Assembly: GCA_964601235.1 (NCBI GenBank)
Contig: CAZRMP010000001.1
Span: 1-63,605, forward strand
DNA: 63,605 nt
From: an uncultured Ruminococcus sp.
GTDB lineage: Bacteria; Bacillota; Clostridia; Oscillospirales; Acutalibacteraceae
Reading direction: 5' to 3'
In this document: piece after piece, positions 27,629-35,387 of the stretch
How positions within the stretch are numbered: position 1 is the first letter of the stretch
Layout of the letters: each line of letters begins with the position of its first letter
Made by a program: the position numbers and the translations under genes
Notes under the pieces: generated by a model
The model's database searches: none
What the model was told of the DNA's origin: nothing
What the model saw: only the letters and a program-made list of their open reading frames with translations

Positions 27629-28846
27629 ATGTCAAAGGTAAGCGAATTTATAGAAAAATATTTCTGCGATACGGTAAAACACAAAACTGAGGATGAGGGC
27701 CGCATTATGGGTCTGCCTTATCCCTACACCACCCCCTGCGCAAACGAGCTGTTTATAGAATTCTTTTATTGGGATACATACTTTACAAATGTGGGTCTTA
27801 TAGCGGCGGGCGATGTGGAACAGGCGAAGAACAATGCCGACAATATGGCATACATAATTAATAAATACGGCTATATGCTCAACGCCAACACCACAAATAT
27901 GCTTGAGAATCAACAAAGCCAGCCCCCATTTTATTTCAAGATGGTGGAGGATGTTTTTGATGTAACGGGTGATAAGGACTGGCTTAAGGAAAGCTATAAA
28001 GCCTTAACCACCGAGTACAAATTCTGGCAGACCGAAAGAATAGCACCTAACGGGCTTAATATCTACGGACCCCATAAGGGCTACAGTGAGGACAAGATCG
28101 CGAGAATGTCCCATTATTTCACACAGCGCTTTAAGGGCTACGAGTTCAAGGACGAGGAGGATAGGGTAAACGCCGCCCATACTATTTTCACAATGTGCGA
28201 GAGCGGCTGGGACTGCAACTCCCGTTTCGAGAACGCGGGCGAGTTTTATAACCCCGTTGACCTTAATTCTCTGCTTTACGGCCTTGAAAAGGCGATGGCA
28301 AAGTTCGCTTCTGTGCTTGAAAATGGCGAAGAAGACCTTTGGAACGAGCGTGCGGCACAGCGCAAGGCAAAAATGCTTGAATTAATGTATGATAAGGAAA
28401 GCGGAGTATTGCTTGATTATAATTATAAGGAGCAAAAATTAAGCCCCGTAGTTTCCTTTGCCTCAATTTACCCGCTGTTTGTGGGAATGCTTGATTCTGC
28501 CGAAAAGGAAATGGAGCTGTTAAGGGATAAGCTGATGTTAAAATACGGCGTAAGCCCCTGCGTTCCCGGCGAGTATAATTACGCGCTCCAGTGGGATTAC
28601 CCCAATATCTGGCCGCCCCTTCAGTACATAGCGTATGTGGCATGTAAAAACTACGGCTATGACGATTTAGCCAAAAAGGTAGCCGATACCTATATAATGC
28701 TCTTGGACGAGAGCTTCGAGAAGACCGGCAACCTTTGGGAAAAGTACAACGGACTTGACGGAACTGTCGCCAACGAGGACTACAACGCCCCGAGAATGAT
28801 GGGCTGGACCGCAGGAATGTATATGTATTTCAGCCGATTGAAATAA
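27629..28846 (+). CDS. GH37-like trehalase family protein (cytoplasmic)
   Basis: RBS AAGGAG. FYWDTYF and QWDYPNIWPPLQ resemble the two trehalase signatures. No signal peptide. Confidence 0.7.
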   Translation: MSKVSEFIEKYFCDTVKHKTEDEGRIMGLPYPYTTPCANELFIEFFYWDTYFTNVGLIAAGDVEQAKNNADNMAYIINKYGYMLNANTTNMLENQQSQPPFYFKMVEDVFDVTGDKDWLKESYKALTTEYKFWQTERIAPNGLNIYGPHKGYSEDKIARMSHYFTQRFKGYEFKDEEDRVNAAHTIFTMCESGWDCNSRFENAGEFYNPVDLNSLLYGLEKAMAKFASVLENGEEDLWNERAAQRKAKMLELMYDKESGVLLDYNYKEQKLSPVVSFASIYPLFVGMLDSAEKEMELLRDKLMLKYGVSPCVPGEYNYALQWDYPNIWPPLQYIAYVACKNYGYDDLAKKVADTYIMLLDESFEKTGNLWEKYNGLDGTVANEDYNAPRMMGWTAGMYMYFSRLK

Positions 28847-28849
28847 GCA

Positions 28850-29167
28850 AATGCCCCTTGCCTTGTAGCGACTTTATCTAAAAATAGGCCCCCTTGCCTA
28901 ATTTAAAGCGCCCCTTGCCTAAAGGGGAGAGGGCCGACCGTCAGGTTGGCGAGGGGATTCCTGTGACTGGGGGATACAAATTAGCAGAACCCCAATTCGA
29001 ATCCCACCACCGCAAGCGGTCCCCCTCCCTTTAGACAAGGGAGGCTCACCCACATAAAGGCCCCCTTGCCTTGCGGGTGCTTACATTTGAAGGCCCCCTT
29101 GCCTAAAGGGGGCTGGCACGGCGAAGCCGTGACTGGGGGATATAATCTACCGACTAACATCTAAACC
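28850..29167 (+). repeat. Mosaic hairpin repeat cluster B
   Basis: Same modules as cluster A in a different order. Includes the 48-nt repeat (28854-28901) and the 126-bp repeat copy 1 (29025-29150). Confidence 0.9.
29025..29150 (+). repeat. 126-bp direct repeat, copy 1 (upstream of the DUF559 gene)
   Basis: 124 of 126 nt identical to 29586-29711. Confidence 0.95.
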
Positions 29168-29237
29168 GAGGTGATACATTACGGAACGCAAGCATAATCC
29201 AAAGCTTACCGATAACGCAAGAGCCCTGCGGAAAAAT

Positions 29238-29543
29238 ATGACAAAGGAAGAGCGGCATTTGTGGTATGACTTTCTGCGTTCCTATCCGGTACGATTTCTG
29301 CGGCAAAAGGTAATAGATAACTACATTGCAGATTTCTACTGTCACCAAGCCCGCCTGATTGTGGAGCTTGACGGTTCACAGCATTACGAGGAAAAAGGTT
29401 TGCTTAAGGATAAAATCCGAACAGAAAAAATCGAAAGCAGAAATTTAACGGTAATTCGCATACCTAATAATGAGGTTAATAATAATTTCAGAGGGGTTTG
29501 CGAGTGTATTGATTGGGTGGTTAAAGAATCCCTCCACCGATAG
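29238..29543 (+). CDS. DUF559 (Vsr-like/PD-(D/E)XK) endonuclease domain protein
   Basis: MTKEERHLWYDFLR...FLRQKVIDNYIADFYC...LIVELDGSQH is typical of DUF559. The conserved ARALRKN helix is encoded in-frame upstream of the first ATG with no canonical start codon. Confidence 0.75.
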   Translation: MTKEERHLWYDFLRSYPVRFLRQKVIDNYIADFYCHQARLIVELDGSQHYEEKGLLKDKIRTEKIESRNLTVIRIPNNEVNNNFRGVCECIDWVVKESLHR

Positions 29544-29935
29544 AATCCCTCCGCCGATAGAATCCCTCCGCCTCGTTCCTCGGCACCTCCCTTTAGGCAA
29601 GGGAGGCTCACCCACATAAAGGCCCCCTTGCCTTGCGGGTGCTTACATTTGAAGGCCCCCTTGCCTAAAGGGGGCTGGCACGGCGAAGCCGTGACTGGGG
29701 GATACAATCTATTATTTATTATCTATTATCTATTATTTATTATCTGAGGGAGATACGGTCTACAGTCTAACCTTACCGAATCCCTCCGCCTCGTTCCTCG
29801 GCACCTCCCTTTAGACAAGGGAGGCAATTCAAACCAAAGCGCCCCTTGCCTAAAGGGGAGAGGGCCGACCGTCAGGTTGGCGAGGGGATTCCCGTGAGAC
29901 AAAGGAGGATAATTCCGCATTCCGAATTGAATCTA
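29526..29935 (+). repeat. Mosaic hairpin repeat cluster C
   Basis: Starts with 17-mer tandem units GAATCCCTCCRCCGATA (2.5 copies). Contains the 126-bp repeat copy 2 (29586-29711), TYTATTA heptads (29708-29742) and a 114-bp unit with inverted termini (29778-29891). Confidence 0.9.
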
Positions 29936-30028
29936 TATATAGTATACAAATTATTTAAACCCAATAATTAAATTTGTGCATAATAATAAAATCAGCGTTT
30001 TTGTTCTACTTTTTCGACTATTTTTTTC

Positions 30029-30057
30029 TTGAAAAAAGGTTATCAAAAATATATAAT
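30029..30057 (+). promoter_or_regulatory. Sigma-A type promoter of the dockerin/GLUG protein gene
   Basis: TTGAAA, 17 nt, TATAAT. Lies within a ~230-bp block duplicated at 35163-35390. Confidence 0.65.
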
Positions 30058-30141
30058 CTAAATGTATCATTGCACGATAGCACTTGTGTAAGGGCACAAG
30101 CCGTATTTTGCAAAAAAATCAATTTCAGAAAGGTGATTGAT

Positions 30142-32331
30142 ATGAAAATTAAAAGCATTTCAAAACATGTGTTAGCGATTGTTTTATCACTCGCTGTTTT
30201 GGCATCTGCTATGATGTTAAATACATTCTCGGTATTTGCAGAAGGGGAAGAACCGGCTGCACTTGATATCTGGGACGGCACATTAGCAACAATTCCCGAC
30301 GATGGCGCTACCCACCCCTATGCCGGCGGTAACGGTACAGCGGCAGAGCCTTATCTCATTTCCACCCCCGAACAGTTCGCTTATATGCTCATTAAAGCCA
30401 ACTGGAATACTACTAATTCTATCCCCGGCGGCGCACATTATAAATTGTTAAATGATATTTATCTTAATAATGTGTCAGCAGGTGAGTGGTATAATTCTGC
30501 TAATATCAATGCGTGGAGAGGACTTGCCGATAACGATGACGAGTGCAGTGGCCGTCTGTTCTATGGACATATTCACGGCAACGGCAAAACGGTTTACGGC
30601 TTGTATATCGATGGTGATTATTATTATAGCGGCTTGATTTACCGTTTTGGTGACGGCGCAAGTGTTGAGGATTTAAGAATCTCAAAGGCTTATGTTAATG
30701 CTACAAGCTGGAGCGGTTCTCACGGAGTATTAGTCGGACATTCCTGGGGCAATACAACAGTAAAGAATGTCGTTATCGATGATACCGTAAAGGCCAAAGC
30801 AGCTAATGGCGGTGCAGCAGTAATAGGCGGAATACAGGGTGATATAACAGTACCCGTTACTGTTGAAAATTGCTATGTTGGCGCTAATATAACTTCAGGA
30901 AACAATAACCCCCGTGCATTTCTTGGAGCTTATTATGACAATACAAAGGGTTTGGACTATACTACAACCAGCCATCTTATTATTAAAAATTCCTATTATG
31001 TAGGCGCTAATCAGTTAGTTGTTGAAAAACCAGACGGAACGCAGCCTGTTAAATTTGAGAACTGCTATACTACAAGTGAAAAACTATCAAATGTGCGCAA
31101 TACCGGTACAGGTGTAACCAAACGCACTTTGGCTGAGATGACAGGCGCAAAGGCAAAGGTATATATGAACGCTTTTGATTTCAACAATGTTTGGTATACA
31201 GAAGCCGGCAAAACACCTCAGCTTCGCTTTGGCGATATTGAAAAAGTAAACGCCACCAAATTGTGGAATGTATGGGACGGCACAGTACCCGAAACAGTTA
31301 CCTATGACGGCGGAAACGGACAGTCTGCGGCTACTGCTTACGAGATTTCCACCGCTGAACAGTTAGCTTATCTTGTTAGCAAGGGTTCAAGCGGATATTA
31401 TAAGCTGACTGATGATATTTATCTTAATGATGTATCGGATTCTGAATGGTATAATAATACCCCAAATGAGTGGTCTGCTGTTGTCGGTGCTAACACCAAT
31501 TTCTGGGGAACTGTTGACGGCAACGGTCATACGATCTACGGTTTGTATATTAATAGCAATCTTTACTTTACCGGTTTAATTCCCCGTTTTGTTGGCGGTA
31601 CTATTTCTAACCTAAGAATCTCAAAATCTTATGTTAAAAATACAGGATACGATGGCGGTCACGGCGTGTTAGTCGGTCAGATTTGGCAAAATAGAAATGT
31701 AAGAAATTGTGTTATAGATGAAACTGTTGAATTTATCACAGCCGGTTACGGTTCACCGTTAATAGGTGGGCTTAATGACGATGGTGCCAATCACACAGGA
31801 ACTGTCAATGTTGAGGGCTGCTATGTTGCCGCTAAAATGTCAACAACACATGCTGACACTAAACCCGCAGCATTTTTCGGTAAACCGATCATTGCCAAGG
31901 GTATAACTTACAGCTCAACAGCCAGCCATCTTGTTATTAAAAACTCTTACTATTCAGGTGAATATGCTCTTGCTGCTGAAAAAGCAGATGGCCCCGTTAT
32001 ATATGACGGTTGCTATACCACCAAGGTGTACGATACAGAAAACGGAGAAAAAGCTCCCGCAGGCGTAACAGATTCTTCAAACTTAGAGGCAATGAAAGCT
32101 GCAGGCTTGAGCGCTGTATTAGCCAAATTCTCCAAGCTCGGTAATGCAAATGGCGACGCTAATGCTGCAGTTGATGTTTGCGACCTTGTAACACTTAAGA
32201 AGCTTGAGCTTGGTATGGGTGTTGATATTAACATCTATGCTTCTGATGTTAATAACGACAGAGAGATCAACGGTATGGACTTTACCGCTCTTAAGAAGTA
32301 TATTTTGAATGACTTATCGGTTTTTCAGTAG
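30142..32331 (+). CDS. Secreted protein with two GLUG-type repeat modules and a C-terminal type-I dockerin
   Basis: Start moved to ATG 30142 (RBS AAAGGTG, signal peptide MKIKSISKHVLAIVLSLAVLASA). Two modules match PY.I....QLAY......YKL..DIYLN.....F.G...GNG.T.YGLY. The C-terminus has two Ca-binding dockerin segments (NANGDANAAVDVCDL, DVNNDREINGMDFTALKKYIL). Confidence 0.8.
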   Translation: MKIKSISKHVLAIVLSLAVLASAMMLNTFSVFAEGEEPAALDIWDGTLATIPDDGATHPYAGGNGTAAEPYLISTPEQFAYMLIKANWNTTNSIPGGAHYKLLNDIYLNNVSAGEWYNSANINAWRGLADNDDECSGRLFYGHIHGNGKTVYGLYIDGDYYYSGLIYRFGDGASVEDLRISKAYVNATSWSGSHGVLVGHSWGNTTVKNVVIDDTVKAKAANGGAAVIGGIQGDITVPVTVENCYVGANITSGNNNPRAFLGAYYDNTKGLDYTTTSHLIIKNSYYVGANQLVVEKPDGTQPVKFENCYTTSEKLSNVRNTGTGVTKRTLAEMTGAKAKVYMNAFDFNNVWYTEAGKTPQLRFGDIEKVNATKLWNVWDGTVPETVTYDGGNGQSAATAYEISTAEQLAYLVSKGSSGYYKLTDDIYLNDVSDSEWYNNTPNEWSAVVGANTNFWGTVDGNGHTIYGLYINSNLYFTGLIPRFVGGTISNLRISKSYVKNTGYDGGHGVLVGQIWQNRNVRNCVIDETVEFITAGYGSPLIGGLNDDGANHTGTVNVEGCYVAAKMSTTHADTKPAAFFGKPIIAKGITYSSTASHLVIKNSYYSGEYALAAEKADGPVIYDGCYTTKVYDTENGEKAPAGVTDSSNLEAMKAAGLSAVLAKFSKLGNANGDANAAVDVCDLVTLKKLELGMGVDINIYASDVNNDREINGMDFTALKKYILNDLSVFQ
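30271..31182 (+). repeat. 912-bp segment shared with the giant surface-protein gene (copy 1)
   Basis: Roughly 90% nt identity by eye to 51586-52497. Positions 30658-30850 show 192 of 193 identical. Confidence 0.9.
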
Positions 32332-32363
32332 AGCCGATTGAACTTAACAGTACAAATGTTAAG

Positions 32364-34289
32364 GTGTTAGGAAGAAGCGCTGTATTAGACGCAGGCGTTG
32401 CGCTTGATCACAGCGCTTCTTCTATTGAATTCACCTCAATCGGCGCAACTCGGATTTATTTAACCGGCAATTATGACTGTAGGAAAACGGGCTCCCTTTA
32501 TTTTACGGTCTATATTAACGGCGGCCGCCAAGCTAAGCGCCTTAAAGTTGAACCCGGCGAAAGCAAGGTGCTTGTAGCAGAGGGGCTTGACTTTAACAAA
32601 ACCACCTCGGTAAAGCTTGTCCGCGAAACCGAGGAAAAGTACGGCAGCTACACCGCCCTCTCCCTTGATTTGGGCTACGCCGGAAGAATCGGCGAAAAGA
32701 TAGCTGATAAGGACCTTTATATTGAATTTTTAGGCGACTCCATCACCTGCGGCTTAGGCTCACTTCATAAATACCTTGCCGCCGATGACGATTTGACTGT
32801 ACTTGATACCCAGACAGGCGTATGTAATGAGCAGTATGGTGAAAATTCTGTCTGTGAAGACGCCACCAATTCCTACGCCTACCTTGCGGCAACAACCCTT
32901 AATGCCGATTATTCCCTTGTATCCTTTAGCGGTATAGCGGTATCCGGTCAGGACAATCTTTACCAAATGGAAAAATATTTCAAATACGCTTCAAGAAGCA
33001 GAAACGTGAACTATGATTTCAATACCGCCAGAGTACCTGATTTGGTTGTGATCAATCTCGGTACAAATGATGCTTTTAAAGGAGCATCATTAGATGCCGA
33101 AAATTATAAAACTGCTGCTAAAGATTTAATAGCCTTGGTAAGAAGATCTTACGGTGAAGATGTAAAAATCCTTTGGGCAACCGGACTTATGGGTAAAGCG
33201 TGTAGTGATTATACTGCCGCGGCAATAGCTGAGCTTGATAATAAAAATAATGTTTATCAATTTACAGGCTTAACCGAGGGCAGAAGCGGTCATGACGGCC
33301 ACCCCAGCAAGGTTCAGGCGGCAAAAGCGGCACGGGAGCTTGTTGACTACATTGTTGAGAATAATTCTAAATTTTTCAACAAGCAAGTGCTAACTAAGCT
33401 TAACCTCACTGACAAGAGAGGCAATACTATTGATACAAGCAAATACAAGCTTACCTGGTATGACGACTTCAATTCCGATACGCTTGATAATTCAAAATGG
33501 GCGCAGGAGACAGACCGCGAGGGTACCGAACTTATTAAATATACCACCGGCAGTAACAACCTGTATGTATATAAAGACAACGCGGTATTGTCTACCAAGT
33601 GCGAGAGTGACGGCACCGTCACCATACCCGGTGACCTTATTACCGACAACCGTATGGCGTTTAAGTACGGTTATCTTGAAATGAGGGCTATGGTTCCTGC
33701 CGAAGCGCCGATGTGGCCGTCCTTCTGGCTGGCGAACAGCAGAAAAATTGAACCTGATATTGCCGCGAATTACGATCTCGAAATTGATATTTTTGAAGCC
33801 TTCGGCAGCAAAACATTGGTGCCTAATCTTCATACCTGGTACTATAATCCCAGTAAGAAAAAGTATGAAAGCTATAATCAGGCAAGCGGCAATAACAATC
33901 CTTTAGGAACCGACGGAGAAGGAAATAACAGGTATGTCAATGATGGCGAGTACCATACATACGGAGTCCTCATTTCCCAAGAAAAGATAGCATATTTTGT
34001 TGACGGAGTAGCCTATGCCGAGGTAGCGGGAGACGATCCCTGGTGGGACGGCGGAAAAGACGGGTGGAATACCAGCAACGGAAAATATGGCTACGACCAT
34101 TACTTCTTTTTGAGATTCGGCAACGGGGTTGTTACAAGTGCGCAGGAAAGCTGGCTAACTGAAGATACATGGATTGACAGCAGCACTGTCGATAACAAGG
34201 CAAAGCTCCCCAAAAACTATGTAATAGACTATGTTCGCCTTTATCAGGACGAAAAGGGCAGTATTTACTACGGCGATCTTCCGCAATAA
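32364..34289 (+). CDS. Bifunctional CE2-like SGNH esterase / GH16 beta-glucanase, lacking a start context and signal peptide (probably frameshifted off the upstream gene)
   Basis: N-terminal beta-sandwich followed by SGNH blocks GDSITCG, GTNDA and DGHPS. The C-terminal GH16 domain has FKYGYLEMRA, WPSFWL and the EIDIFE catalytic motif. The only start is GTG 32364, with no RBS. The frame is open from 32313. Confidence 0.7.
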   Translation: MLGRSAVLDAGVALDHSASSIEFTSIGATRIYLTGNYDCRKTGSLYFTVYINGGRQAKRLKVEPGESKVLVAEGLDFNKTTSVKLVRETEEKYGSYTALSLDLGYAGRIGEKIADKDLYIEFLGDSITCGLGSLHKYLAADDDLTVLDTQTGVCNEQYGENSVCEDATNSYAYLAATTLNADYSLVSFSGIAVSGQDNLYQMEKYFKYASRSRNVNYDFNTARVPDLVVINLGTNDAFKGASLDAENYKTAAKDLIALVRRSYGEDVKILWATGLMGKACSDYTAAAIAELDNKNNVYQFTGLTEGRSGHDGHPSKVQAAKAARELVDYIVENNSKFFNKQVLTKLNLTDKRGNTIDTSKYKLTWYDDFNSDTLDNSKWAQETDREGTELIKYTTGSNNLYVYKDNAVLSTKCESDGTVTIPGDLITDNRMAFKYGYLEMRAMVPAEAPMWPSFWLANSRKIEPDIAANYDLEIDIFEAFGSKTLVPNLHTWYYNPSKKKYESYNQASGNNNPLGTDGEGNNRYVNDGEYHTYGVLISQEKIAYFVDGVAYAEVAGDDPWWDGGKDGWNTSNGKYGYDHYFFLRFGNGVVTSAQESWLTEDTWIDSSTVDNKAKLPKNYVIDYVRLYQDEKGSIYYGDLPQ

Positions 34290-34371
34290 ACCGTAGGCAT
34301 TATATAGGAATAGAATAAGTTTATTAACCTTTTCCCTATCTCACCGTTATACGGTGGGGTGGGGAATTTTT

Positions 34372-34455
<84 letters not shown>

Positions 34456-34462
<7 letters not shown>

Positions 34463-35190
34463 CCGCCTCGTTCCTCGGCACCTCCCTTTAGACAAGGGAG
34501 GCTAAGGGCAAGGGAGGCTAAAGAAACAAGGCCCCGCAAGCCTCACGGGGGCTGTCACCGATAGGTGACTGGGGGATATAATCTATTATTTATTATCTAT
34601 TATTTATTATTTATTATCTGAGGGAGATACGGTCTAAAGTCTAACCTTACCGAATCCCTCCGACTTCGTTACGCTCAGCCACCTCCCGTAAGGCTTGGTA
34701 GGCTAAAATGAACCACCGTAGGGGAGGGTCTCCGTGCCCTCCCGATGGTTTTTTTGCGACTTAACGGGAGGGCACAGAGACCCTCCCCTACAGTATGAGT
34801 AAATTGACCGCCCGTGACAGGGGAAAGACAAAAATCGTCCCGTCTAACATCTAAAAAACGGACAGTCGGGGACGCCTGTCCCTACAAGGGCAAATTGAAT
34901 ATGCGTAGGGGCTGGCATCCTTGACAGCCCGAATCTAGTATCTACCGTCTAACATCTAGTGTCTAAAATTCGAATCCCTCCGCCTCGTTCCTCGGCACCT
35001 CCCGTAAGGCTTGGGAGGCAAATTACACAAAGTAGGGCGGGGCTTGCTCCCGCAGTCTGTTGTCTGACATCTGCCGTCTGCTATCTGGATTAACGGAACG
35101 ACACTTAAGGTCGTTCCCTACGGCGGTTAATTGGGTTTTCGTAGGGAATGACCTATGTGTCATTCCGCATTCCGCATTAAAATCTATATA
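34456..35190. repeat. Mosaic hairpin repeat cluster D
   Basis: Contains the modules of clusters A to C plus a 27-bp inverted repeat (34718-34744 / 34765-34791), TCTANNN x5 (34934-34968), NNNTCTG x5 (35053-35087) and several 7-8 bp hairpins. Confidence 0.9.
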
Positions 35191-35279
35191 TAGTGTATAA
35201 AAAGTTAAAACGCAACAACTGAATTTGTGCAAAATGATAAAAACAGCGCTTTTGTTCTACTTTTATGGCTCTTTTTTTC

Positions 35280-35308
35280 TTGAAAGCTTGTTAGAAAAAA
35301 TATATAAT
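35280..35308 (+). promoter_or_regulatory. Sigma-A type promoter of the 20-kb GH16/ABC/surface-protein operon
   Basis: TTGAAA, 17 nt, TATAAT. Duplicate of the 30029-30057 promoter, including the downstream ATTGCACGATA box (35320-35330). Confidence 0.65.
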
Positions 35309-35387
35309 TAGTGTGCGAGATTGCACGATACTTATTGTGTAAAATAACAAACTAAATTTTCAAAAAAATATTAGAAAGGTGTTTGGT

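Noticed and set aside
29384-29920. Minus-strand ORFs 29384-29707 (107 aa) and 29726-29920 (64 aa), and similarly 35023-35232 (69 aa)
   Set aside because: They lie entirely inside the mosaic repeats. Their 'proteins' (..PLGKGAFKCKHPQGKGAF.., ..GGAEERGGGI..) are simply translations of the hairpin modules. They have no RBS or start context.
27443-29935. Integron-like gene cassettes with attC sites (a 126-bp repeat length like VCRs, GTCTAAC matching RYYYAAC)
   Set aside because: The RYYYAAC-like word lies immediately upstream of the ORFs on the coding strand, where GTTRRRY would be expected. No paired R''/R' and L''/L' architecture with an extrahelical base can be drawn. There is no intI. The repeats are mosaic rather than one site per cassette.
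29974-30141. N-terminal extensions offered by the ORF track (29974 for the dockerin protein, 3335, 19527, 23532, 39487, 41382, 45784 and 59565 for others)
   Set aside because: In each case an internal ATG preceded by a GGAGG-type RBS starts a proper signal peptide, lipobox or conserved N-terminus. The extensions run through promoters, upstream genes or AT-rich leaders.
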